Below, one piece after another: positions 38,101 through 51,163 of a stretch of DNA of 64,000 nucleotides. Under the pieces are notes generated by a model. The model was not told the DNA's origin. It worked only from the letters and a program-made list of their open reading frames with translations, and did no database searches. Source of the DNA: Blasia pusilla. Its lineage: Eukaryota. Within the stretch, counting starts at the first letter, position 1; the number at the start of each line of letters is the position of its first letter. The stretch is taken from positions 7,688,001-7,752,000 of the forward strand of contig CM114271.1 of NCBI GenBank assembly GCA_050084515.1. Direction: 5' to 3'. A program made the position numbers and the translations under genes.

Positions 38101-41100
38101 ACCCTCAACTCCGGACATCCCCCACAAGTCTATGTCCCCTAAAACACATACATAAATGATGCTCTCAATATCCACACAACCCAATATCCCCAAATAAACC
38201 ACCCAAATCCCAGAATCCCTCACGCGTGCAGGATAAAGGACCAGAATGGGTAACCTGAACACATGTCGATGTCGCTCCTCAGCAAATGCAAATCTCAACC
38301 CCAACTTGGTCGTGAGGACAACTCCTCCAATGAGCAAGGCATACTCCTCCTATACTGACGCTACTCAAAACTCCTTGATAGACAGTGCGGTTCCAACATA
38401 ACGGTTGCGGCGTTGCAGGCAGCACGGAACGGCTACGAACGACACGGCCCTCAATGGTGTGATGCGGCATTCGGCGGCATACCCTCCTCAATCAACAATA
38501 AACCCACACTCTGCTCCACAATGATGGTGCGACTCCGCAATTGAGATGGTGCGGTGCGGCCACGAGCGGCACGGCGCGGCAACCGGCAGTCACGGCACGG
38601 TACTTGATCGTCGTCGAGCGGCTACCAATCACAACATAGCAACATGAAATCTAAACTCAAACACCATAACCAGAGGTCATCGGCCATCACTGGTTGATGA
38701 CGAAACTTTGAGGATGGTGACGGCCAAAACAAAGTATGTGATGGCAACGCAAGTCAGAGAATCAACGAACGTCGTGGAAGAACCTCCACTCGGTAGTGGC
38801 GGCAATGGCAACCAAAGGGTGGACAACGGTTGATGGTGGCCGGTGGACGGTGGACCATTGACGGTGATGGTTGAACATTGATGGTGACAGTTGACCGTTT
38901 GACTGGTGACGGAGACGGCCGCTGCCGGCGTGGCGGCTGGTTTAGGGTTTTAACAATTCAACCATAAAAATTGCCTAGCAATGGCAGTTTTGCAAGATTG
39001 ACCATAAATTTTTACTTGCAACTCTAAATTTCACATTGTTTGTTGCACAATGTGCATAGCTTTACGATCTAAAAAGCCGCCAAAAAATATTTGAGATTGG
39101 ATATTCCTGTAAAAACTGACAGGGACTGTTGTAAAGCCCAATGTCTCTTTCTCCTACACAAAATTTGGCAGCGCTTCCGCGCTGATTTCTCCCAACCAAA
39201 ATGTAAAACCTCTAAAAATAAAATCAGAAACGGGTTGATCTCTTTTTATCTAAGTTTTTATCTAAGTTTCGTCTTCAGACGAGGGGGAGCGTGTAGAGGA
39301 GTTTGTGAGCACATCGCCACACATTGTGAGTGGTCCTACCAATTGGGCGTACGAGATGGACGATCGGGGTAGAGGACCACGTAGGTTTTCAGATGCAGTA
39401 AGCACGATTGAGTTTCACGATTTCAAAATAGAGTTTAGGAGTTGGTGCAACTCCCAACAGGCCAAAAACTCTAGAGAGTTCAACCCGTTTACAACATGAA
39501 ACGGTATGTTCCAGCATTTAGACGGGGCGCCCATGGACGATTACCATGAGTTCTCTCAGAGATATGCATGCGAGATCGACGCATGGAGGCTCTTCTATGA
39601 CCCACATTATGTGTCATGGACGGAGCCATTCCCAGATGAGCAGGAGGATTCAAGAGAGGCTAATTCCTCTTCCACAAGTGACGTTTTAGGAGGGGTCACT
39701 TGCACGGGAGCAGTTGCACCGTCCCAGATTCAACCCTGTGGTTGAGTTCTTTGCTGAGTTGAGGGCGAGCTACCACGGGATACGGACGGAGAAGTTGCCG
39801 AGCATCCACGACTTTCAAAGGCGCCCGGGTGGGAGTTTGCGTGAGGCTTACACTCGCTTGCGCCGGTTGATCAACGTCACTGAGGGGGTGACAGAGGCTC
39901 AGACTATCCAGTCATGGTACGCGATGCTAGAATTGGACCTTGCGGACACAGGTGCGAGAGGGGGTGCTTCTTATGAGCACCTCCCCCTACGTTGAGAGAT
40001 GTTTTTAGGACCTCCGAGAAAATTGAGCGCAACATGGTGGAGGAGAGTGTAGCCACCATGGGTTCTTGGGGAGAGTAGTCACGATAGTGTGCACTACCTG
40101 TGCAGCAACGTGAACTCCGAGATAGGTCAAATGTGGCACCACGAGCTTAGGGAGGATACCGGGGGGCCGTGCCACAGAGACCTGCATCTTCTTGTGCGGC
40201 TCAGCAGCAGCCGCCTACTATTACTTGTTGGTCATGTGGTGGAGCCCATCATCAGCGCCATTGCACTCGTCAGGGTCATGGACGTATGCCTCAGCATGGA
40301 GGAGAAGATGGTGTTGCAGAAGGAGGTTATCAGTGTGACTATTGTCACAGGTATGGTCATACATGCGCCAAGTGTTTCAGTTTACATCCTGAGTTAGGCC
40401 CGGACTGAGGGCCAGAGAGGGCACCAGAACGAGTACCCGGTCCGGGTGGGCCTAGAGATCGTGCACCATGTGGTCTTGTTTGGGGACGAGGAGCTGGAGT
40501 TGCCCGACACGGTGGTGGAGCTGCCCATGGAGGAGGTAGAGTACCACCACCTAGACGCGCCGAGGGAGACGCCGGATGTGAGGCTCGGATGGTTGCTCAG
40601 ATTTCGCACCTTCAGGAGCAGATTGCCATTATGGCATTGAGGTTACCCGATGCCGGATCCGTGGCATCGACATCATATGGAGCAGCCAGAGATCTGCAGG
40701 ATCCTAGTTGGATGTGCGGAGTTGCCCAGATGCAGGCAGCCGGAGTTGTGACGTGTGGAGCAGCCGCAAAGTTGGATCCACAGCGAGGGGAAGCCAGGAA
40801 ACAGACTAGGCTTCCTCAATCTTTCACGTTGTCCGAGGCGATGAGAACCCCATCGATGGGTCCAGATCAGAGTTCTTGGAGAGTTGGTGATGTTGTTGGT
40901 GTGCAGGCATAGAGGGCGATGGGAGAAGTGAGTACGATGACTCCTTTTGTTGATGCTCAGGAGGGGCATGTGTCGACCACGTTGTTAGGGGCGGCCACCG
41001 TTGTGTACCGCACTCCTTTATTTTATGTTTCCGATGTTATGATGTTGGGGGGTACGCCCGCCGAGGCTTTTCGGTTGGCCGCTTCACTATGTGAGCGTGG

Positions 41101-41744
41101 AGTTCAAGTTCCTGCATCATGTTCAGAGGTGATTGTAGAGGAGATGATGGACTTTCCCTTGGAGCAGATGCTCGGGCCGTCCACGTCAGATTCATGGCAG
41201 GCTTTGGCTGCTAGGATGGCGCAGATGCCCGCTAGACCCGCGATAGAGCGTGCCATGGCTCCTCCTGGTGTTGTGTTGCTGGATAACCCAGGAGAGGTCT
41301 TCTAGTTGGTGAGTCCCGGAGGTAGAGCTTTTAGTCCACAGCACGTCTTGTTGGACTCAGGAGCACAACCCCTGATGTTGGGGAAAGCATCATTTTGAGG
41401 ATTGGGCTTGACGAGAGGTGATGTGGAGCGTTGTCCATTCCAGATACAAACATCCTTGGGTGGAGTGAGTACCACACAATATATCACCCGACAGGAGGTC
41501 GTGGTGAGGATTCGCTCGAGACATCCTACAGATGAGTTCATGGTGCAAGCCAAGGCGATAGTGACTCATGCAGAGTCCTATGATGTCTTGGTTGGTGGAG
41601 CAGTGTTATACCTGATGAGGTTTTTCCTGGATTCCTGGGAGGAGTCAAAGTTCTACAGACTAGGATGGCCGTCAGGTGATGGGTGCCTTAGCTCATTATC
41701 CATTTGATTAAAAAATGCAGTGATCGAGCAATGGCCAGGAGAGG

Positions 41745-44660
41745 AGAGGAGAGGAGAATAAAATAACGAAGTCTAAAGACCCAACAAGAAGCTTCGAAAT
41801 GACAACAAAGCTCTGTCTATGAAGTGCTTCGCTACATACCGAAGCATGAAGAAGAGAAAGAAGTACTTCGCTCTTTAACAAAGCTCAAATAACAAAGCAC
41901 TAGGAACAAGAACAAAGAATGGAGCGCTTCGTCTTCAGATCAGGAGAAAGAGCTTTGTCTTCAAGTGAAGCAAAAGAGGTCCCAACTTAGGAGCGAAGCA
42001 AAGCTTAGATTGATAATGATTTCAAGCGACACATAGTTAGAACAGTTAGAATAGGAAAAGATGCAACCCTTTGTATCAGATTGGTATTTATGACAATTTT
42101 GTTCTGCGGATTCCCAGGGATCATAGGAAAAGCAAAGAGCACCATAGATCTAAGTAGTTACAAATGTTGAAGAGACACCATCTTCGTAAAAAATGCTTCG
42201 AATCTTTGGATCACTCCTCCTTTAGAGAGTATTTAAGAAGCAAAGAAGTAGCTATCATCATCATTCTCTTACGAAGTCCTCATGCTGTAGGAATGGTCCG
42301 AGCAAGGGAGTAGTATCCTCTCGAGCTTGTATACACTTTGAAGCTTTCTCATTCTTGATGGAGTAGTAAAGCAATCATTCCTTCATTCTGATGTGCGATG
42401 CTTATGTCTGAGTATTCTTTTTGGGTCTGCAGAGTGAAGAGTGATTTAGGCGAACCTTTCTCATCAATGGAATAATCAACATAAAGTTGTAGGAAATTTG
42501 TTTGACAGAGAGTAGCCTGCCGAGATGGATTGAGTTCCGAAAGTAGGAGAAGCCAGCTTTCATGTTCAGGTCTCTGTGAGGTTTCTTGATATGGAGAGGA
42601 AATCTACCTGAGCATGCTGTCAACTCCACTAGAGAGAATTGAGAAAAGAAACTTTGGTACTAAGAAAGATCCGAAGATATTGATAAGACATTGAATATAA
42701 ATCATACACATTTAAATATCGCTATTACAATAGAATTGTAATTTCGAACTCTCTTTTCATCAAACAATAATCCTCTTGGGGATCGAACTTATTAAACGAC
42801 TGTAAAATAGAAACTCTTGTACATTACATATAGATCCAAAACTTTTTGGCGCCGTTGCCAGGGATCATAAGCTTTGCTGGAGAGGGAGAGAGACACATGG
42901 GGAATCAAGAGCGGGGAAAAAAGCCTCGTCTCCTAGAAGACCCAACCATCTAGTTCTTACTGAAGACCATCTGCTATCTCTAGCTATCCCCCTAAGACAA
43001 TGGATGAAAGAAGATAACAACCGGTTTGCTGCATTGGTGCTAGAAGAGATAGAACAATTAATTAGTTTTGTCAAAGAACCAGTCGCCAAACGGTGCTTTG
43101 CCCATGAACGTTAGATGTACTCGATGATGACCCGATACTTCTGTTTATGGGAGGAAAACCTGGCAAGAAGATTAAGAGCACCTTCACACTCCTCTGGGCT
43201 TCAGGAATTAGGAATTAGGAATATCTAATTTTCCTCCATGGACCCCTACCTTGTGGCGATCGTGGGTGCGAAAGCAAGCTCCCGAATCCCAGAAGGGACT
43301 CATGGAAGTCTCCCGGCCCTCTTCGCGAGATCAGCGAGCTGATCGACGCAATAAGCAACAAGAAGATCACCCATCTTGGAGACCGTCGGGGGTGTCTCCC
43401 TGTCTTCATCTTTGCTTGAAGCCCAAGAGCAAGAAGAGGGACAGGAATACGCTCCCCAGCACGTCTCCTGCCAGTTTGCAGTCGAACAAAGAGTCAACCT
43501 GGAAACCCTTTGGGGACTCGGGGGACCAAGAGATGACCAAATCAACTAGATTGAAACCGTTGCCTCCTCCCTCCCAAGCATCAAGCCCGGGACCCAGCAT
43601 CAGACATTTCCCAATGGCCAACACTAGGAAGACGCTGCTAAGATACCCCACGTTTGCAGGGGGATGGCGAGATGATGTTGACAACTTTGTGCTTGAATTT
43701 ACCCATGTAGCTAAGGCTAATGGAGAAGGCTCAGAGGAGGATTTGTTGCGAGTCTTTCCTAGCCTGCTTAAGAAGCAAGCAAGCCAATTGTACGAGGGTC
43801 TCGGAGCGGACGTCACGGAAACCTGGAAAAAGGTACTAGAGGCCTTTCTTCATGAGTTCCGTGACCTGGAGTTCGAGGACAGGCTTTTGACAAAGCTTCG
43901 CGACCTGAAATGTAAAAAGAAGGAAAACTCTTAGGGCATACACCCAAAGGTTTCATAGCCTTGTGAATAAACTTGAACACACTACTACCTCACAATTGGT
44001 AGATTGGTTTGTGTCGGGACTGTCCAAAGAAATGGACCAGTACTGCCGGCGAGGCCAACGAGATTCCCTGGAAGCAGTCATAGCATCCGCAAAGGCATAC
44101 GAGGCCTCTGAGAAGTCTCGTAAAACACGAAGACGGCGTCATCAACGACGAGGTTCTTTGCAAACTAGTTCTTCGTCCGAGGACAAAGCGTCCTCTACAG
44201 ACACAAAATCCTCTACTGGGGACACCTCGGAGTCCTCGGAGTCTGAAAAAGATTTAAAATCTAAGCGGAAAAGAAAAAGCACGCGCCACCACTCTCCCAA
44301 GCATCGAAGGAAAACCATACCAACAAAGCACCTTCCCCAGCCGTCGGAAAGTCCAGTATGGGGGACAACAAGGAAGGCAGGCAAGTATGCCATTGAAGAG
44401 TTAAGTAAGCAAATGGCGGAGTTGAAGCTACATCTGGCGGCCTAGAAGGATCCCAGAAGACGACCAAGTCTGATGAGGCCCAACATCTGGTGCAGTACCT
44501 TCGGAACCCAAGGGCATACTGCTCAAGAATGTCATACTAAGAGAGATTTACGTTGGATCCAAGAAGATCCAACTATAGAAGAAGGATGGTATGAACCCAA
44601 ACAGTGGGAAGGGTGTTATGCAATCCAAGCTGTGCCACCGCCTAATCCCGGACGAAGTTG
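41745..44660 (+). mobile_element. Unrelated Athila-like Gypsy fragment: LTR part, PBS, degenerate gag
   Basis: PBS at 42847; gag-like MANTRKTLLRYPTFAGG...FPSLLKKQASQLY from ~43613; decayed knuckle WCSTFGTQGHTAQEC ~44490-44532; no pol. Confidence 0.7.
42847..42866 (+). promoter_or_regulatory. Primer-binding site complementary to the 3' end of tRNA-Asp
   Basis: tggcgccgttgccagggatc differs at one base from TGGCGCCGTTGCCGGGGATC, the recalled plant tRNA-Asp/Athila PBS. Confidence 0.8.
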
Positions 44661-44669
44661 GATCACCCG

Positions 44670-45520
44670 ATGTAATGATGTTGCGAGGCGCGTCTCACTA
44701 CGACATGTGGCGCAATTACGCCTATATTTTCCAACTTATTGTCTTCGTTTGCGGTACAGGGGTACGCAAGTTCCGTACCGAGGGATATTTGTTGTTGGGG
44801 ACGCATGACTTAGAGCAGGTAGGGACCATTGATTTGGTCATTGCTGGTTGGACATGTCAGGGCCAATCAAGTGTTGGACGAGGGAGCGAGTTGGGTGACA
44901 CTCGGTCCAGGTTGTTTTGGGAGATGTTGACGGTCTTACGGCAGTTGCAGGAGCACTAGTCTCGTTCTCCAGCCTACATTCTGGAGAATGTACCGATCTT
45001 AGGAGACTCCGCGTAACGGGTGGTGACGAATGCTCATCAGGTGCATGCCTGGATCGGCCAAGAAGTGTTCTTGGATGCGGCGAGTGTAGGTTCTAGAGCC
45101 CATCGCTTGCGTCTCTGGTGGACCAACTTGGTGCCCCATGCAATGTTACGAAGGGCGTATGCAAGAGTGGAGCGCCCCGCCCATTTGTTAGTGGATTCCA
45201 TTTTGGATCCAGGTCGTCACTCAGAGGCAGTGAGGCACAATGATCGACCATCGTTGACTGTGGTCAATAGGGTAGGCAGGCCGCGGGCAGCCTTTCCCAT
45301 GTTTGTGAGTTTTCCCGCTTCCTATGCATACAAGGAGGCTGGTCCTAGCTTGGTTTGGGATGAACAGGTTCAGAAGTTGGCGGAGCCCAACGCCAACAAG
45401 AGAGAGCGAGCGATGGGATTTCCCACAGGAGTGATGGAAATTGTTAGTATGAGAGGCATCACGATGCAATGTCTTGGGTCAGGCGATGGACCTGAATTGC
45501 TTGATATGGATCTGCAGCTT
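44670..45520 (+). pseudogene. C5 cytosine methyltransferase domain (copy D), motif I lost at the insertion
   Basis: TIDLVIAGWTCQGQS, YILENV, GSRAHRLRLWWTNL, KRERAMGFP, LGQAMDLNCL. Confidence 0.87.
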
Positions 45521-48509
45521 GGGAGTTGGTGAGCCCCATGCCTACCGAGATGATGGAGGTAGTGGCTAGGGGCGAGACCCAAGGAGATTGACACACCACG
45601 GGAGATCGCGAGAGACACCCTTGGACTTCTTGGGATGTTTTGCACGTATGCCATGATATGATAGCCACAGCATCGAGTGTGGTTCCGAGCACTGCATGTG
45701 GAGGAGATCAGAGTTTGCAGTTGGCTGCAGGAGAGCGGTCGAGTGTTGTTGTTCGAGACGGGGTTGCACCATAGCAACCACCAATATCCACGCGTGAGTC
45801 TCCTATCGTAGTCACGATGGAGACTTGGGAGCCAGATATGGGCCCTTAGTTAACAGGAGGAGAGCGGCGCCGAATACATCAGTTCCTCAGGAGTTATAGG
45901 AGCTACTTTGCATTTAGCATGGGGGATTTGAGTACGATGAAGGGATCGGGGATCCTCATTGAGTTGTCGAGTGATACGCCGATCTTCCAACGACCCTACA
46001 GGTATAGTGATATGGAGAGGGCTCAGATTCAGAGTAAGAGCCACGACTTGGTTGGAGCAGGACTAGTGGAGATGTCGCATGGGAAGTATTCATGTGCCAC
46101 TATCATGCCCGCCAAGAAGGATGTGCATGGCAACTGGATGGATAGGCGGATGTGTGGGGATTACCGACCTATCAATCGGCAGACGAAGAACGATAGGTAT
46201 ACCATGCCCACCCCTAAGGAGATCTTTAATGTGATTGGTCACTAAAAGGTCTTCAGTTCATTGGATTTGCAATCTGGATACCATAAGCTGCCTATCAGAT
46301 TGGAGGACAGGTAGAAGACGGCATTTTGGGGCATCTATCCTCATGGGAAGGATTCTTTGTATCAATGGCGGTTCTTACCATGTGGGTTAAAGAACGCCCG
46401 ATTGAGTTTCAGAGGGTCATGGATAGGATCTTGGCTGGTCTTGATTTTGCTAGGTGTTATATTGATGACATCGTAGTCTTTAGCGGCACGGTTGAAGATC
46501 ATGAGCGACATCTAGAGGAGGTATTTTGATGATTGCAATTACAATGCCCTTACCCAGCATGACAATGAGGATAGAGAATTTGTGGTGGCTTACGCTAATC
46601 GCTCGAACGACGCTCCAGAGGCGAAGTAAAGCTCGTATGAAGGTGAGTGCTTGGTTATAGTGTGGGCTGTCACACATTTCAGGTGTTATTTATTCGGCAA
46701 CCCCTTTACCATTATTACTCATAATTAGCCACCTAAGTGGTTGATGAAGTCCGACAAGCTTACATGGAAGCTTTCAAGGTGGGCTCTATTGTTGCAAGAG
46801 TATAACTTTCAGGTAGTACACAGACCTGGCACGCTCAACCAAGATGCATATGTTTTCAGTTGTAACCCATGCCCAAGTCAGCGAGATGTGACTCGAGCTC
46901 ATTGGTATGGAGGTAGTGATGAGGAGTTGATGCCAGGATGGTACGCATGAGCCTATTTAGGCTTGTTGGCTATAGAGAGCCAAAGTATTGAGACTCCGAT
47001 GGCAAGATCTGATGGATAGTCCTTACATCCATAGGCCGGTGAAGAGACAACATGTGGCCAACATATTCACAAGGACGGAGTAGTCTTGGAGTTCCTGCGT
47101 ATTGATAGCGTCGCGAGCATATAGGGTGATAGAGAGCGGGATCGGATCCTACAGAGAGCCAGATGGTTCTTGTGGGAGGGAACATATGTCTTGCGAGTTT
47201 GGGAGAATGATTGAGTACGTGTAGTGCCTCATCCTTCACTAAGTGCATATTTCGTGTGTCATGCCTACAAGGACATGGGTCATTTTGGAATGAAGCGGAC
47301 GTACAACTTGCTCCAAAAACAACATTGGTGGCGAGCCATGCAGACTAACGTTCAGCAGTTTGTTGTCATGTGCATGGTGTGTGATGGGGTTCGAGCATTT
47401 TTCAATGCTCCGAAGAGATCTAGTAGCGCGCCTTTGGAGATACTCCAGGACAACCTTAGGAGGTCGAGGATGACCTGTAGAGGGCACGCGTAACATGAGA
47501 GAGCAGGTTTCCCCTTCGTTTCTCCTCATTTGGAGCCATATGAGGAACTTACTATTTTGGGTTAGTTGTCGTTTTTGGTATCGTCAACTTTCCACTTTGG
47601 GAAGTGGCCCTTGACCCGCTACAGCAGGTCAAGAGCCAAAGAGGTGACTTACGAGCATAGATTGTTGTGGAGAGGGCTTGGGAGAGGGAAGGGGATATAC
47701 CTCCAAGAGGAAGAGCTTGAGACCTCATTCTCTCTTTGTTGAACCTCTTGGCATGAGGTGGCGGAGCTATGGTCCTCCTTGGCTTTTGTGTGTAACCCAA
47801 GTCTCTCATTAGGAGAGTGGGTTTGGTTTGACATCAAAGAGAGTACACACCATGGATAGCTTGGTGTGAGACCTTGTTGTTATGATCGATTTGATCGATT
47901 TGGGGCGATTGGAGACATTTTGGTCATCCTTGTCTCGTTGCGTGTATTCCATGAGTTAGCATAGGATCGTGTATGCTTATGTGTATGTTTAGTGACAACG
48001 GTGAGTATGCGCATGACATTTGACTTTGCCCTTAAAATCAAAATTTTCCTTTTCCTATCCACTAATATATCATTATTTTTTCATTTTTCTATCGCATAAC
48101 TAAGAATTTCACCAAAAAAATTTGAAATTATTTCTTCCTTCATTAGTTGGCTATCGAAGCCCCATCGAAACAGTCATAACTTCATGGTTAGATGTCCTAA
48201 TTTCACAAGGTTATTTTGACAGCCTGCAAACCTTCTTAATCTACGACATCCTTAATTAGTTTTCTCATTCAACCTTCTATCGTGCAAATTGGCAACAAGT
48301 GTCGTGCTGCCCGTGGCACACTCTTAGACGAAACATTCAACAACACTTCCACATTGATCTGCAAACTAAACACTCAAATGGACGGCTCTTGCTCTTGTGA
48401 GCTATTGAATAGGGAACGTAATCCCCAACCTGCCAGACGTGGGAGGAATGAGCGAGCTCTTATATTGTAGAGCTTTCAATTTCTCATCCAAAATCATTCT
48501 CTATTTGTA

Positions 48510-48997
48510 AATCAAAATCTCTCAAATATCTCTCACAATGTGCACACATCTATATCTCTCTCATGTCAAACCAAAACAACTCTCCTGATGAGAGACTTGG
48601 GTTACTCACAAGGCTAGGAGGATCATAGCTCCGTCGCCTCATGCCAAGAGGCTCAACAAAGAGAGAATGAGCTCCGAAACTTATTCTCTTTGGGTATATC
48701 CCTTCTCTCTCCCCTAGCTCTCTCCATGGTAACCTCTGCTCGTAGATCACCTTCCTTGGTCTTGACTTGCTATAGGGGATCAAGGGTCACTTCCCAAATT
48801 GGAAAGTCAATTTTACTCATAATAATAACTTTCCCTAAATAATAAATTTCTCTACATAACTCTAAATGAGTCAAAACGAATGCGAAACCTACTCTTTCAA
48901 GCTAGTTGTGGCCTCAATAGATCATCCTTGATCTCTTGAGCATATCCTCAAAGGCATCCTACTATAAACTCGTAGATCCATCCTAAAAGACATGATA
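48510..48997 (-). repeat. Family-Y repeat, A part only
   Basis: Reverse complement matches ~28589-29080 and then diverges without the B module. Confidence 0.75.
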
Positions 48998-49852
48998 AAC
49001 CGGACTTCTCGCAAACGTGCTAAACCGATCAACAATCACAAGTATTGCTTTGAATCCCTTTTGTGATTTTGATTTGATAATAATCCTTACCTTAGGTCCA
49101 TCTTGGTAAATGCCATGGATTTTTGTTCTTGATAGGTTTATTTCGAGGCATTGTAGTCAACGCACAGGCACACAGATCCATCCTTCTTCGAGATGAAAAG
49201 ATGAGGGGCTCCAAATTCCAACTTCCTCAAGTGACCGAAACCACTTTCCTCCGATGATTTAATGTGCTCATACAAGACTCGTCTTAGAGATTCATCCTCC
49301 AAGGGTTCTTCGTGATTGGGGCACTCCTAACTATGAGTTCAATCTTATGATCTATGTCCCGTCAAAATGACAAACCTTATGGAAGTTCCCCAATTAAGAC
49401 ATCTCCAAATCCTTCCAACATTTTTCTTACCCTAAGTGTAATATTTTCATTTACTTCATCTTTTAGTGGTAAAGATCATTTCCAATTAACACTCCATAGT
49501 TTTCTATGTGAATTTCCAAGATATATTGGGATCTATCCTTAAGATCCTTTTCAAAATATTTGATAGAAATCAATTGCACAACAAATTTCACTTGATTACC
49601 CCTAAGAACTTCAGGATGCAAATTTTATGTTTTAAATCTTAAGAATCCTCATGGCATTTCCATCACCTAGAGGAACCTCAAGTATGCCGTAGGCTGATCT
49701 AAACACAAAATCGTAAGTAATAAAATTATATTATGCCGCCTGACTATATAACAACAAATTCTTAACTCCCACTCTTGGAATCACCATCTTAATGTTCAAC
49801 ACTTTAGTTGTGATGGTTTTGGAATGTTCGTCTACATAGATCATAACTTAGG

Positions 49853-51163
49853 TGTCGCGACCTTCATGACCAAACGAGCGCCAAAGCGGAACATCAGAAC
49901 ACTAGCCAGCTCACGCTAAGATGGTTCGTGCGTCGAAGTGGTCTCTGAGAAGAGATAAGAGACGAGACGCAAGGGACGCTTCGCGGTTTCATGTGTTGTG
50001 GTCGCGACTGAGAAACCTAAGCCAAACGTAGATCAAGACTTGAGAGAAGTCAAGTCTAGGAATTGGGTTGCGAAAGGAATGCGTTTGGGACGAGTAAGGA
50101 TGCGTTGGAAAGCTTATGTACAGCCGGTTCAGACACACTAAAGATCTCTGCAGACGCACAATAAGCGACTGAGAAAACAATCCGAGAACGACTGTAAGTA
50201 GAGTCAAGTTGAGGGCCACAATGAAGGGCCGACTATCCTCTTCCAAAGGTTGAGGTCTTTGGAGATCCCTAGAAGTACTAGTAAGGGGAAAGGTCTCTAA
50301 GGGTGCTTGGGACTTGAACCTCACTTTGGGCGCCCCGTGGCGACTCAAGGGCACGGAACGGATCGCGAGTTTGGCGTTGGGTTTCAAAACTCAAACCAAG
50401 TCCAATAGAGGGATTCCGAATATCCCATTGGATTCCAAGTGACGACTCATATCTTTGAGTCTCGATCATAAGCTCATGCTAGGTCCGTAGGACAGTTGAG
50501 ACCGCTAGGCCCGCAAACGCCGCTTTAGATTCCTAGACTAACCACAAAGTCTATTCCAAATCTTGAAGGATTTGCCATGTTGGAAAACTAGGAATAAGGG
50601 GAGGTTGAGCTTGATGAGAAGCCGAGTTGAGGACTTGGTGGGTTGGAAGATTACTTGACCCAAAGCCAGACTAAAGTGAGTGTATTTTGGTGCAGATCAG
50701 CTATGAGAGCATGTCCTACAGAACGTACGCTTCCGCAACACTAAAATTGACATACAAGGAGAGTAGACGCACGATAAGTGGTAACAAAGTTAATCTTTGG
50801 ATTCCGAAGACCCCATTGGATTCCAAGTTACGACTCATGTTTTTCAATCTCGATTACGAGCTCATACGAGGTCCGTTGGATAGTTGGGACCGCTATGCGC
50901 ACATACGCCGTTTCAGGTACTTAGATTAACCAAAAAGTTTGTCTCGCTAAGCAAGCCTCGGAAGACTTGCCTGTTGAGTTTGTCGGAAGGTTGAGTTTAA
51001 TAAGATGCCGAGTTGAGAACTCGGTGGGTTGGAAGGCCGCTTAACCCAAAGCCATGCTAATGTGAGTGCGTTTGGGTTTAGGTCGACAATGAAAGCGTGT
51101 CATATTGAACGTACACTTTCGCAACACTAGACATTGACGTTCAAGGAGAATAGGCGCACAACA
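49853..51163. mobile_element. Solo LTR with 5-bp TSD (TTAGG) and an internal ~390-bp tandem duplication
   Basis: ttagg|tgtcgcg...cacaaca|ttagg. ~50410-50772 is repeated at ~50799-51160 (ggattccgaa...cccattggattccaagt). Confidence 0.88.

Larger units (their letters stand above)
29450..39230 (-). mobile_element. Copy C: most complete Gypsy-DNMT-PHD retrotransposon (gag-PR-DNMT-RT-RH-INT-PHD), pseudogenised; boundaries approximate
   Basis: Gag ~37760-36200 with knuckle YQCDYCQRYGHTRARC; protease VLLDSGAKPL ~35880-35850; DNMT ~35160-34210; RT 33862-32858 (RMCGDYRPIN, LDLRVGYHQ, LPFGLKNAP, CYIDDIVVFS); RNaseH 32760-32480; integrase 32017-31000; PHD ~30935-30790; purine tract ~30603-30612, then family-Y B1 and A2 repeats. 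Confidence 0.92.
39233..48018 (+). mobile_element. Copy D: Gypsy-DNMT retrotransposon, head-to-head with copy C, interrupted by an Athila-like fragment, 3' integrase deleted
   Basis: 39233-41742 is the inverted homolog of ~37820-35480 (gag, protease VLLDSGAQPL). 44670-47412 carries DNMT (AGWTCQG, YILENV, RAHRLRLWWTNL, ERAMGFP, LGQAMD), partial RT (CYIDDIVVFS), RH and integrase start. Family-Y A+B repeat at 47415-48018. Confidence 0.88.
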
